Source of the DNA: Candidatus Colwellbacteria bacterium | GTDB taxonomy: Bacteria > Patescibacteriota > Minisyncoccia > UBA6257 > Colwellbacteraceae | Length of the DNA stretch: 64,000 nucleotides | Assembly (NCBI GenBank): GCA_016176505.1 | Contig: JACOXB010000008.1 | Coordinates: 984-64,983 of the forward strand | Reading direction: 5' to 3' | Part shown: one piece after another, positions 19,119-28,764 of the stretch | Position numbering within the stretch: position 1 is the stretch's first letter | How the letters are laid out: every line of letters begins with the position of its first letter | Notes under the pieces: generated by a model | The model's input: only the letters and a program-made list of their open reading frames with translations | The model's database searches: none | What the model was told of the DNA's origin: nothing | Position numbers and translations under genes: made by a program

Positions 19119-19927
19119 GTCTTTCTTTTAATTATAGCCCTTTTTAAGAGGGGAGAGGCGGTTAATTCAGTGATTTTAGCTAAGGTTAAACTCTCACCGC
19201 GGCTTTTCGGTTCAAAACCAAGTCTTTCAAGTTCTTCCTCGACCTCCTTTTTAGCAATTCCAAGCCCATCCGAGAGATTATTTAAAATAGTTTTCCTCGG
19301 CTGCTTGAATAGAATTCTAATCAGTCCGTAATAAATTTCATCGCTATTTTTAAGCGATCGCCTGGATTTGGCGACGATCTTAATAATGGCCGAATCCACT
19401 TTGGGCTGGGGTCGAAAGGATTTTTTAGAGATATAACCTATAATCTCCGGCTTGCCCCAGAACCCGACACTCGCCGCCAAGATGTTCATCTTGCCCGTTA
19501 ACCTTTCAGCCACTTCTTTTTGAAGAGTTAAAATAATGAGTTTCGGTTTTCTCTCGAGTTCGCCAATTATCCGGAGCAAATATCCGGTGATGTAATAGGG
19601 GATGTTGCCTACTAATTTGTATTTTGTATTTTGTATGTCGTATTTAGTATCGAGCAGCGGGAGAACCTTAAGCGCATCACCTTCAATAATTTGGACCATG
19701 CTACTTTTACTGCTTGCTACTTGCGCCTGAATTTTTGTTGCCAACGTTAGGTCCTTTTCGATAGCAATAATTTTCTTCGGATTCGCCTGCAATAAAAATT
19801 TCGTCAGCTCTCCGTGGCCGGGCCCAATCTCCACAACCACATCGCTTGACTTCAGCTCGAGCGCCGCCACAATTTTTTTCAGCGCTTTTTTATCTTTCAA
19901 AAAATGCTGCCCCAATCTCTTCCCCAT
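19115..19927 (-). CDS. rsmA: 16S rRNA (adenine1518/1519-N6)-dimethyltransferase RsmA/KsgA
   Basis: MGKRLGQHFL plus the SAM motif VVEIGPGHGELT. The ORF extends to 19990; start chosen at Met22, 4 nt after the uvrD stop. Confidence 0.85.
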   Translation of the reverse strand: MGKRLGQHFLKDKKALKKIVAALELKSSDVVVEIGPGHGELTKFLLQANPKKIIAIEKDLTLATKIQAQVASSKSSMVQIIEGDALKVLPLLDTKYDIQNTKYKLVGNIPYYITGYLLRIIGELERKPKLIILTLQKEVAERLTGKMNILAASVGFWGKPEIIGYISKKSFRPQPKVDSAIIKIVAKSRRSLKNSDEIYYGLIRILFKQPRKTILNNLSDGLGIAKKEVEEELERLGFEPKSRGESLTLAKITELTASPLLKRAIIKRKT

Positions 19928-19931
19928 AGTT

Positions 19932-21689
19932 TTAGTCAAGGAAAATTTCCTCTTCGGAGTCGAGGTTTGTGGTTGGGCTGAATTCAACAAGTTCCGGCGG
20001 CAGTTCGTAAAGAAATCGTGAAGCCATGCCGTGAAAACTTAAAACCAGTTTTTGCTTAGCTCGGGTCATCGCCACATACATGAGGCGTCTTTCTTCCTCA
20101 AGTTCTTCGTCCGAGCCAAGAGAACGGTTATGCGGCAAAAATCCTTCAGCGGCGCCAACCACATAGACATTTTCAAATTCCAAGCCTTTGGCCAGGTGGA
20201 TTGTCATCAGTTTAATGGGTTTATCTTCGCCAACAAGGATCGTTTTGTCTAAGGGTTGAAGCAGGGAAATTTTCTCAATAAACTCGCCCAAATCGTGAAA
20301 TCCAGCGGCAAAACTAATAAGCTCAGCCACGTTTTCTTGCCTCTCTTCAGCGTTCCTGAACTTAGCCTCAAGATAGGCTGAATAATTAGCGGTTTTTAGG
20401 ATAAAACCAATAAGCTCTAGTAATTTAAGCTCTCCCGCTAGGCGCGGCAGTTCGGAAATAAGCTCGGCCGCCACCCTTTTAGTAAAAGTCTTTTCCAATC
20501 GTTCGCGGCTGATTTCATCTTTAGGATTTAAGGCATAGCGAAGACCGGATATAATATCTTTAATTTCTTTCCTTTCGTAGAATTTAACTCCGCCAAATAT
20601 TTCATAAGAAATAAAATTGAAATTGAGTTCTTGCTCTAAAGCTCGGGACTGGGCATTGGTTCGGTAAAGAATGGCCGACTCGGTTCTGCCGCGGCTCATA
20701 ATTTCCGCCACTATTCTTTTTGCTTCTTCTTCCGGATCACGAGCATTAATCACTTTGATTAATTCCCCGCGGCCATTCGATGTCCAAAGTTTTTTCGGTC
20801 GGCGAAATTGATTGTTTTCAATTAAGGCGGCAGCCGCTTCCACAATTATACCGGTCGAGCGATAATTCTCGCCTAAGGTGACCACTTTAGCTTCGGGCCA
20901 GTCGCGTTCGAAATTAAGAAAGTTTTTAAAATCTGACCAGCGCCAGCCATAAATCGCCTGCTCATCATCGCCAACCACATTGAGATTACGGTGGTTTTGG
21001 CAAAGCTGCTTCAAAAGTAGATATTGAGCCGTATTAATATCCTGGTATTCATCAACTAGAATATAGTCGTAGCGTTTCTGGTGTTTCTCGAGAATCGCCA
21101 GCTCTTTTTGAAATAATTGCACTGGTTTTTCAATTAAGTCGTCAAAGTCAAAAGCATTTTGGCGACGTAGGCCGGATTCGTAAGCCTTAAAGAAACGGAG
21201 AAACTTCGGTTCGAGTTCTTTCTCCAAAAGTAAGTTATTCTTTAGTCGCGAAATTTCCCAAAGCATTTTGGCCGGTCCGAAGCTTGAAGAATTTAGAATG
21301 TTTTTCATCAGCCGCTCCGAGTCTTTATTATCAAAGATGGCAAAGTTTTTACTCCGGCCAAAGTGTTTTGCCTCCTCCCTAAGGATTTTTGCGCCAAAAG
21401 AATGAAAAGTGCCCACGAACGGGCTCCGAGCTCGTAGCCCATAGCTAACAGCTAACGGCCGATCGAGTCTAGCCCTCATTTCGTTCGCCGCTTTATTAGT
21501 AAAAGTAATAGCCACGATTCGCTCCGGCCGAACACCCGCCTCGACAAGGTGGACTAAGCGTTCGGTGAGCGTTCGAGTTTTACCTGAGCCAGCGCCGGCG
21601 ACAATAATAAGCGGCCCCTTGCCATAGGCGACAGCCTCAGATTGCCCAGGATTTAGGGGCCTTTTTCCGTCCACTTGATTATTTTTCAC
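19932..21689 (-). CDS. pcrA: ATP-dependent DNA helicase, UvrD/PcrA family (compact)
   Basis: 585 aa with Walker A AGAGSGKT and SF1 motifs (TFHSFG, VDEYQD). Confidence 0.85.
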   Translation of the reverse strand: MKNNQVDGKRPLNPGQSEAVAYGKGPLIIVAGAGSGKTRTLTERLVHLVEAGVRPERIVAITFTNKAANEMRARLDRPLAVSYGLRARSPFVGTFHSFGAKILREEAKHFGRSKNFAIFDNKDSERLMKNILNSSSFGPAKMLWEISRLKNNLLLEKELEPKFLRFFKAYESGLRRQNAFDFDDLIEKPVQLFQKELAILEKHQKRYDYILVDEYQDINTAQYLLLKQLCQNHRNLNVVGDDEQAIYGWRWSDFKNFLNFERDWPEAKVVTLGENYRSTGIIVEAAAALIENNQFRRPKKLWTSNGRGELIKVINARDPEEEAKRIVAEIMSRGRTESAILYRTNAQSRALEQELNFNFISYEIFGGVKFYERKEIKDIISGLRYALNPKDEISRERLEKTFTKRVAAELISELPRLAGELKLLELIGFILKTANYSAYLEAKFRNAEERQENVAELISFAAGFHDLGEFIEKISLLQPLDKTILVGEDKPIKLMTIHLAKGLEFENVYVVGAAEGFLPHNRSLGSDEELEEERRLMYVAMTRAKQKLVLSFHGMASRFLYELPPELVEFSPTTNLDSEEEIFLD

Positions 21690-21702
21690 CCTTCTCTAAG
21701 AT

Positions 21703-22773
21703 ATGATGGTTATTAGTACCATACTACAAAAGTCGGGGTTTTGGTTGAAGGCGATCGGGGGGGTCCCGTTGCCTCCTATTTTTTTAGCCCTCGGACTCTT
21801 CGGAGCCAACTTTTTTTATTTAAGCCAGGCGAGCACGGCCAAGCCTCCAGAAGCCACTTCTACGGCGGATGGTCCGCTCGAACCTGCAGCCGCCGCTCTT
21901 ATCAGCGATGTTTCGCCTCTTGGCGAACTCGTAATGGACGACCCAGAAGATGAATTTCTGGGCTTTGTTTTAGTTGATAAAGCTTCACTTTTAAACTCCG
22001 CAAGTCCGGCAAGCAATGTGTCCCAGTTAAGAGGCGGCCTTTTAACTTATGAGGTTGAAGAAGGCGATTCAGTTTCCACGATTGCCGCTAACTTCGGTAT
22101 TTCAGTTAACACTATTATTTGGGCTAATGATCTGAAGGGCTCTGGTTTAATTCGGCCAGATCAGGAAATTGTGATCTTACCAGTCTCGGGCGTGCTCCAT
22201 AGGGTGAAAAGCGGTGAGACGCTCGAATCGATTGCCAAGGTTTATGATGTTTCCGAAGATGAAATCGCCCGGCTAAACAAAGGCGCACTTAAGGCAGGCG
22301 AATCTGTGATTGTACCGGGCGGAAAGCCTACCAGCGCTTCTGGCCGAGGCGCTATCGGCGGTTCGGTCGAGAGCCGAGGTGGATCATCGCGGTCAAACCT
22401 GCCCGAACTAAGCGGCTATTTTGGGCGACCTGTAAACGGCGGCTGGAACTGGGGCGAGCTTCATGACGGGAACGCGGTTGATATTTCTTCTGCCTGCGGT
22501 TCACCAGTTTATGCGGCGGCTGCGGGAACAGTTAGTTTAGTTTCGGGCCCGCTTTCTTGGAGCGGCGGCTACGGCGGTCTTGTGAGAATCAATCATTCTA
22601 ACGGCACTAAAACTCTTTACGCTCACACTTCAGAAAACTTAGTTACTAATGGTCAAGAGGTGGCCCAGGGTGAGGCGATTGCTAGAGTCGGCCGCACCGG
22701 TAAAGTTTCTGGCCGTACTGGCTGCCATGTTCACTTCGGCGTTACCGGCGCGGCGAATCCCTTCGCTCGCTAA
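21703..22773 (+). CDS. LysM-domain M23-family peptidoglycan metalloendopeptidase
   Basis: N-terminal TM helix, two LysM-like segments (e.g. YEVEEGDSVSTIAANFGISVNTIIWAN) and a C-terminal M23 domain (HxxxD...HVHFGV). Confidence 0.85.
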   Translation: MMVISTILQKSGFWLKAIGGVPLPPIFLALGLFGANFFYLSQASTAKPPEATSTADGPLEPAAAALISDVSPLGELVMDDPEDEFLGFVLVDKASLLNSASPASNVSQLRGGLLTYEVEEGDSVSTIAANFGISVNTIIWANDLKGSGLIRPDQEIVILPVSGVLHRVKSGETLESIAKVYDVSEDEIARLNKGALKAGESVIVPGGKPTSASGRGAIGGSVESRGGSSRSNLPELSGYFGRPVNGGWNWGELHDGNAVDISSACGSPVYAAAAGTVSLVSGPLSWSGGYGGLVRINHSNGTKTLYAHTSENLVTNGQEVAQGEAIARVGRTGKVSGRTGCHVHFGVTGAANPFAR

Positions 22774-22774
22774 A

Positions 22775-24298
22775 TCAATTCTCGCGGACTCTTAACTGAA
22801 AAGCCTCAGCTATATGAGGCGGCTCGACCACTTCGCTTCCTGCTAAATCAGCAATAGTCCTTGCTGTTTTCAGCAGTCGGTAATATCCCCGCGTCGTTAA
22901 AAGCGAACGGTTAAAAATATCTTTTAATAAATCATTCGCCTTATCAGTTAGACTAATCATCTCATCACATTCTTTAGCTGTCATTTCCGTATTAAGCATT
23001 TTATTAACCTCGGCATTTCTAAAGCGCTCGGCCTGCCCCTCCCTCGCCTTAAGGACCGCTTCTTTTAAGTGGTCGGCGTTTTCTCTTGGCCCTTGGAGAC
23101 TCTCAAATTTTTCCCGGGGCACGTTGATTTGGATATCAATTCGATCAAGCAAGGGGCCCGAGATCTTTTTCTGGTAGCGGAAAACTTCGTAAGCACTGCA
23201 GCGGCACTCTTTTTCATTGTCGCCCCAAAAGCCGCAAGGGCAGGGGTTCATGGCCGCCACCATTAAAAACCTGGCTGGAAAAGTGAGGTTGCTTTTGGCG
23301 CGAGAAACTATAATTTCGCCTGATTCTAAAGGCTGGCGTAAGGCCTCTAGTAGATCGCGCCGAAACTCCGGCAATTCATCAAGGAAGAGAACGCCTCGAT
23401 GAGCCAGGCTGATTTCGCCCGGCTGAGGATTAGAGCCGCCGCCAATAACCGAAACCGGCGAAGCAGTCTGGTGCGGGGTTCGGAACGGCCGATCGACAAT
23501 ATAATTTCCTTTTAATAATCCTCGAGCGCTCCAGACCTGCGTTACTTCGATTGCTTCGGTTAAGTCTAGCGGCGGCAGGAGGGAAATCAGGGATTTGGCA
23601 AGCATTGTTTTTCCAGTTCCGGGCGGCCCGCTCATTAGAAGGTTGTGGCCGCCAGCGGCCGCTACCACTAAGGCCCGTTTGGCAAAATCCTGGCCTCGGA
23701 TTTCACTAATATCTATTTCATGATTATCAATCGGCTCAAATTCGGTTTGAGGATGGGCTTCAATAATCGCAAGTCCGGCTAAGTGATTAATAAGATCAGC
23801 AAGCGTCCGAACCGGCACAATTTTAACCTCACTAATTAAACTCGCTTCTTTAGCATTCTCGATTGGCAGAAATAAGTATTGCCTCTTAGCTCTTCGAGTC
23901 AGAATCGCTGTGTTCAGGGCGCCAGGCACTGGTCGAACCCCGCCATCAAGCGCTAGCTCGCCAATAAAAATTTTGTCTTCACTATTAAAATCTTCAATCT
24001 GATCCGTGGCCCTAAGATAACCAATGGCAATCGCGAGATCATATTGAGAACCGGTCTTTTTTACATCAGCCGGCGCGAGATTAACCGTAATTTTCCGATT
24101 CTCTTTAGTCGGCGGTTTAAAGCCGGTATTTTTTAAGGCTGAGCTGACTCTTTCTTTTGATTCCGAAAGAGCTTTATCAGCTAGGCCGACAATATTAAAA
24201 CTATGAAAGCCGACATTTAGGTCGACCTCAACCTCAATTAGTCTCGCCTCGATGCCTTCGAGCTCAGCCGAATAAACTCGGGCGAGTGATTTTTCCAT
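22775..24298 (-). CDS. comM: YifB/ComM family Mg-chelatase-like AAA+ ATPase
   Basis: 507 aa with Walker A MSGPPGTGKTMLA and a C-terminal Cys cluster. Confidence 0.85.
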   Translation of the reverse strand: MEKSLARVYSAELEGIEARLIEVEVDLNVGFHSFNIVGLADKALSESKERVSSALKNTGFKPPTKENRKITVNLAPADVKKTGSQYDLAIAIGYLRATDQIEDFNSEDKIFIGELALDGGVRPVPGALNTAILTRRAKRQYLFLPIENAKEASLISEVKIVPVRTLADLINHLAGLAIIEAHPQTEFEPIDNHEIDISEIRGQDFAKRALVVAAAGGHNLLMSGPPGTGKTMLAKSLISLLPPLDLTEAIEVTQVWSARGLLKGNYIVDRPFRTPHQTASPVSVIGGGSNPQPGEISLAHRGVLFLDELPEFRRDLLEALRQPLESGEIIVSRAKSNLTFPARFLMVAAMNPCPCGFWGDNEKECRCSAYEVFRYQKKISGPLLDRIDIQINVPREKFESLQGPRENADHLKEAVLKAREGQAERFRNAEVNKMLNTEMTAKECDEMISLTDKANDLLKDIFNRSLLTTRGYYRLLKTARTIADLAGSEVVEPPHIAEAFQLRVREN

Positions 24299-24301
24299 AT
24301 T

Positions 24302-24646
24302 TTAGTGTTTTAGCTTGCAGTCGCGGCAGAGTTTTGACTCTGGCGCTACCTCGAGCAGTTCTCAGGATATTTCCTTGCCGCATTTTTCGCATTTGCCGTA
24401 CGTGCCCTCGTCCATTTTTCGGAGAGCCTCATTAATGTCCTTAAGTCTTAGCTCGAGCGGTTCTCTAATGGCCTCGTGAGTAACTCTTTCTTCACTCTCA
24501 TCCGAATCTTCTTCGCCAGCGGCGTAGGTAGTGTCTTCGCCAAAATCGCGCGCCTCCCGAGATCCTAGGGTTTTAACCTCTTTCTCAAGCCGCGCCTTAT
24601 CTTTTAGAAGCAGTTGTTTTAACTTTTCTTGATCTTCCGGAGTCAT
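24302..24646 (-). CDS. TraR/DksA family C4 zinc-finger protein, interrupted by an in-frame TGA at 24362-24364
   Basis: The ORF 24362..24646 ends ...GKCEKCGKEIS-TGA. Reading the same frame through the TGA gives ELLEVAPESKLCRDCKLKH-TAA (24302-24304). This completes an exact C-x2-C-x17-C-x2-C DksA/TraR finger. The gene then ends 3 nt before the comM ATG. Confidence 0.6.
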
Positions 24647-24713
24647 GAGTTTACAAAATCAATTATCCCACTCAGTCTAACTGCGTCAAGCAGCATAGCA
24701 TATAATAAATGGA

Positions 24714-25286
24714 GTGATTCACAGCATCTCGGGAATCCTTAAAGAGCGAACCGGCCGCTTTATTATTATTGAAGCGAGCGGTTTTGAGTTTAAAATAGCC
24801 ATTCCCCTGGTTGAAGCCGCGGGCTTGCCCCAAGTGGGCGAGCCGGTCAAGGTTTTTACTTTTCTTCATTTGAGCGATGATGGAGCTCGCCTTTACGGTT
24901 TTTTGACCGAGGCTGAACTTGAACTATTTGAAGCTTTAATTTCAGTCTCAGGCGTAGGCCCAAAATCAGCCTTAGCCATTTTAGGCACCGCTCCGGTGGA
25001 ACAGCTTTTGGGGGCGATTGCCAGCAGTGAGGCCGGATTACTTGAGCGCTCTTCAGGTATTGGCCGGAGGACAGCCGAGCGGATTATTGTTGAGCTTAAA
25101 GATAAGGTAAGGCCGAGCGAAGGCGGAATGGCTGAAATGCTCGAGAAAGACGTTGATATTTTAGAAGCTCTGATTGGGCTTGGTTATACCAAGCGTCAGG
25201 CCCAAGCCGCCATTAAGGAAATTGATCCCGGCCTTGATGATATTCAGGATCGAATGCGGGACGCCTTGAAAAAGATAAAAAGATAA
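24714..25286 (+). CDS. ruvA: Holliday junction DNA helicase RuvA
   Basis: 190 aa with a GTG start, an OB fold, tandem HhH motifs (ISVSGVGPKSALAILG) and a C-terminal RuvB-interaction domain. Confidence 0.85.
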   Translation: MIHSISGILKERTGRFIIIEASGFEFKIAIPLVEAAGLPQVGEPVKVFTFLHLSDDGARLYGFLTEAELELFEALISVSGVGPKSALAILGTAPVEQLLGAIASSEAGLLERSSGIGRRTAERIIVELKDKVRPSEGGMAEMLEKDVDILEALIGLGYTKRQAQAAIKEIDPGLDDIQDRMRDALKKIKR

Positions 25287-25289
25287 TCC

Positions 25290-26537
25290 GTGTCTTCCTG
25301 GAGATTTTTCAATACGATTCTCGAGGGTTTTAAAAAATTCCCCTTATTCAAATGGATGTACCGCGCCAGGTGGGCGCCTTTTGCTTATCATTTTACCCTA
25401 GGACTCGTCGGCGAAATTGTTTATTTCTTTCCTTCCTGGCGAGTTAAAGCAATCGGCGTCACTGGCACCAAAGGCAAGTCGACCACCCTTGAATTAATCA
25501 ATGCGATTTTAGAAGAGAGCGGGAAGAGAACCGCCATTCTTTCCTCGATTCGGATCAAACTTGGCGAAGATTCAAAAGTTAATGTTCTGGGGAACACTCA
25601 GCCCGGCCGTTTCTTTATTCAGTACTTCTTGAAACAGGCGGTTAAGAATAAATGCGACTATGTCCTTCTCGAGGTAACTTCTGAAGGCGTGCGCCTTTCC
25701 CGCCATCGGTTTGTAAAGTGGCGGCAAGCGATTATTACGAACATCGCGCCGGAGCATATTGAAACCCATGGTTCGTTTGATAACTATCGCCGGGCTAAGT
25801 TTAGATTTTTGAAATATGCGAGCCGACGGGGTGCACCTGTTTTTATTAATGGCGATGACGAGCAATCTGAATATTTCCGGAATGCCTTTAAAAAACGCCG
25901 GTCGATTATTTATTCAAAAATTGATTTGCCTAATTTTCGAGAGCGGGTTTATGAGCTCTTGCCCGGCGAGTTTAATAAAGAGAATATGGCCGCGGCCATT
26001 TCAGTAGTTCGAAGCCTGGGGATTAGCGAAGAGATTATTAAGCAAGCGATCGAGAGTTTTCCAGGGGTTCCGGGCCGGATGGAATTCGTGAAGCGGGAGC
26101 CCTTTAATGTGGTGGTTGATTATGCCCACACTCCGGATTCGCTTGAAGTTGTTTATCAAACCCTAACTCAAGCCACTAAAGGCAAATTGATTTGCGTTTT
26201 AGGCTCAGCCGGCGGCGGCCGAGATAAATGGAAGCGGCCTAAGCTTGGTGAGATCGCCAGTCGTTACTGCGGCGAGATAATCCTTACTGATGAAGATCCT
26301 TTTGATGAAGACCCGGCCCAGATTATTGCCGAAATTAAAACCGGTGTATCAATACCTAACCTTCACGAAGTACTTGACCGAAAAGAAGCAATTAAAAAGG
26401 CGGTTGGGCTGGCTACTCCTGGCGATACGGTTATCATTACCGGCAAGGGTAGCGAACCCTACCTCCGAGTGGCTCATGGCCAAAAAATCCCTTGGTCAGA
26501 TAGAGAATTCGCCATCGAAGCTATAAACACAACATGA
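25290..26537 (+). CDS. Mur ligase family protein (MurE-like, compact)
   Basis: P-loop GVTGTKGKSTT, then Mur ligase middle and C-terminal motifs (DYAHTPDS). Confidence 0.7.
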   Translation: MSSWRFFNTILEGFKKFPLFKWMYRARWAPFAYHFTLGLVGEIVYFFPSWRVKAIGVTGTKGKSTTLELINAILEESGKRTAILSSIRIKLGEDSKVNVLGNTQPGRFFIQYFLKQAVKNKCDYVLLEVTSEGVRLSRHRFVKWRQAIITNIAPEHIETHGSFDNYRRAKFRFLKYASRRGAPVFINGDDEQSEYFRNAFKKRRSIIYSKIDLPNFRERVYELLPGEFNKENMAAAISVVRSLGISEEIIKQAIESFPGVPGRMEFVKREPFNVVVDYAHTPDSLEVVYQTLTQATKGKLICVLGSAGGGRDKWKRPKLGEIASRYCGEIILTDEDPFDEDPAQIIAEIKTGVSIPNLHEVLDRKEAIKKAVGLATPGDTVIITGKGSEPYLRVAHGQKIPWSDREFAIEAINTT

Positions 26538-27925
26538 AGTTAACTTTTTGGGGCGGGGCGAAGATGGTGACGGGGTCGAGCTTTCTCCTAGAGAACGATG
26601 CCGGCAAAAGAATTTTAATTGACTGCGGTCTGCATCAAGGCGCCCGCTATTGCGAAAAGCATAATTTCGAACCTTTTCCGCTTGATCCGGCTTCGATCGA
26701 AGCAGTCTTTGTGACTCATGCTCACATTGATCACATCGGCCGCATTCCTCAACTTTATCGGGCTGGCTTTCGGGGAAAGATTTATTCCACCCCGCCGACT
26801 AAAGACTTTGCCGAAACCCTGTTGATTGATTCTGAACATATTCTTTCGGTCGAGGCCCGAGAATTAGGTATGCCGCCAATTTACGAGCTTCAAGATATTA
26901 ACGAGACAATGAAACTTTGGCAAAAAGTTTCATATCACGAAAAAATTGAGACGGCGGGGTTCGAAATCGAATTTTATAATGCCGGCCACATTTTAGGTTC
27001 AGCCTCGATTTTAGTTAAAGGAGACGGTAAAAAAATTGTTTTCTCAGGTGATTTAGGCCACCCAGTTACACCCTTGATCAGGGGGAGGGAAGAAATCCAA
27101 GAAGCGGATTACGCTTTAATTGATTCAACTTACGGCAGTCGGATTCACGAAGATCAAACCAAGAGAAAAGATCTTTTTGAAGACGTGATTAAGGAAACGA
27201 TTAAGAGCGGCGGCGTCCTGATGATTCCGGCTTTTGCTCTTGAGCGGACTCAGGAACTCTTATATGAGTTGAATGATCTGGTTGAGAACGGCCGCGTCCC
27301 TCGAGTACCGGTTTTTGTTGATAGTCCCTTGGCTATAAAGCTCACCGCGGTTTATAAGAAATATTCTAAAGATCCGATTTATTTTGATGAGGCGGCGATT
27401 GAGTCTTTGCGGGCCGGCGACGCTATTTTCGATTTTCCTGATCTTCATTTGACTTTAACTACTGAGCAATCAAAACAGATTAACGGCATTGCCCCGCCGA
27501 AAATTATTATGGCTGGCTCAGGTATGTCTCAAGGCGGCCGGATACTTCATCACGAGAAACGGTATTTGCCTGATCCGAAAAGCGCTATTCTTTTTGTCAG
27601 CTTCCAGGCCATTGGTTCTTTAGGCCGCCGGATTTTAGATGGGTCGAAAAAAGCTAAAGCCGGAGGCTCGCCTAAGGATTTTAGCGTTAAGATTTTTGGC
27701 GAAGAGATCCCGGTTAAAGCTCGAGTTCTCGCAATCGGCGGCTATTCTTCGCATGCTGACCAGCCAGCTCTGCTCGATTGGCTTAGGTCGATGAAGCTCG
27801 GTCTTAAAAAAGTGTTCCTAGTTCACGGGGAAGAAAAAGAGATGGGACCGCTCGAAGACCGAATTCGGGATGAGCTCGCCGTCGAACCCGTGATTCCCGC
27901 GTTGCGCCAAGAGGTGATATTATAA
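26534..27925 (+). CDS. MBL-fold beta-CASP ribonuclease (bacterial CPSF/RNase J-like)
   Basis: HxHxDH motif VTHAHIDHIG plus beta-CASP C-terminal motifs; 463 aa. Confidence 0.75.
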   Translation: MKLTFWGGAKMVTGSSFLLENDAGKRILIDCGLHQGARYCEKHNFEPFPLDPASIEAVFVTHAHIDHIGRIPQLYRAGFRGKIYSTPPTKDFAETLLIDSEHILSVEARELGMPPIYELQDINETMKLWQKVSYHEKIETAGFEIEFYNAGHILGSASILVKGDGKKIVFSGDLGHPVTPLIRGREEIQEADYALIDSTYGSRIHEDQTKRKDLFEDVIKETIKSGGVLMIPAFALERTQELLYELNDLVENGRVPRVPVFVDSPLAIKLTAVYKKYSKDPIYFDEAAIESLRAGDAIFDFPDLHLTLTTEQSKQINGIAPPKIIMAGSGMSQGGRILHHEKRYLPDPKSAILFVSFQAIGSLGRRILDGSKKAKAGGSPKDFSVKIFGEEIPVKARVLAIGGYSSHADQPALLDWLRSMKLGLKKVFLVHGEEKEMGPLEDRIRDELAVEPVIPALRQEVIL

Positions 27926-27929
27926 AGCT

Positions 27930-28511
27930 GTGCCTCCGAGTCAGTTGAAGTATAAAATTTGTGTTTCGGGTGCGGCCGAAACTGGCCATTGCGGCGAAGA
28001 CGCTTTCAAGGTAGCCGAAGAATTAGGCCGCGAGATTGTTCGCCACAGTGGCATTTTAGTTGATGGCGCGACGACCGGCTTTCCTTACTGGGCTGCCAAA
28101 GGCGTGAAAGCCGAGGGCGGGACCGTGGTTGGTTTTTCACCGGCCAAGGATGAGGCTGAACACATTAATTTCTACAAACTCCCGACTGATTACCATGACC
28201 TTATTGTCTACACCGGCTTTGAGTATTCAGGACGGAACTTAATCCTTACTAAAGCCGCCGATGCCGTTATTGTCGGCTGCGGCCGGATGGGCACCATTAA
28301 CGAATTCACCATCGCCTTTGAAGATAAGAAGCCAATTGGTATCCTGGAAGGTGTCTGGGAGACGGACGAGCTCTTGAAGTTGATTCTTGAAAAGTCCCAT
28401 CGGGCTCGCGAGCGAGCCGGGAAAATCGTTTTTGCGGCAAGTCCTAAGGAGTTGCTTGACCAGCTTGTCGCCGTCATTGATAAAGAGAAAGGTCGAGGCC
28501 AACAATTTTAA
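27930..28511 (+). CDS. LOG-family Rossmann-fold nucleotide-binding protein (TIGR00725-like)
   Basis: 193 aa with the LOG-type motif VGCGRMGTINEF and a Gly-rich N-terminus. Confidence 0.65.
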   Translation: MPPSQLKYKICVSGAAETGHCGEDAFKVAEELGREIVRHSGILVDGATTGFPYWAAKGVKAEGGTVVGFSPAKDEAEHINFYKLPTDYHDLIVYTGFEYSGRNLILTKAADAVIVGCGRMGTINEFTIAFEDKKPIGILEGVWETDELLKLILEKSHRARERAGKIVFAASPKELLDQLVAVIDKEKGRGQQF

Positions 28512-28512
28512 T

Positions 28513-28764
28513 ATGGAAGAAAAACCAATTGGCGAAGTCACCCACTATTACTCTCACCTAGGGGTGGCGATTGTTAAGTTCAACCGGAAAGTGAAAACAG
28601 GTGAGACGGTTCACTTTAAAGGAGCCACCACTGATTTTACCCAAGCCATTGATTCAATGGAGTTTGATCACAAATCAGTTGGCGATGCTAAGTCCGGTCA
28701 AGAGGTCGGGATTAAAGTGGGCGACAAAGTGAGGGAGGGTGACGAAGTTTACGCGGTGGTATAA
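28513..28764 (+). CDS. Small beta-barrel protein (EF-Tu domain-2-like); hypothetical
   Basis: The ATG at 28513 is 1 nt after the LOG stop. The 83-aa product MEEKPIGEVTHYYSHLGVAIVKF...VGIKVGDKVREGDEVYAVV looks like a translation-factor beta-barrel. Confidence 0.5.
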   Translation: MEEKPIGEVTHYYSHLGVAIVKFNRKVKTGETVHFKGATTDFTQAIDSMEFDHKSVGDAKSGQEVGIKVGDKVREGDEVYAVV

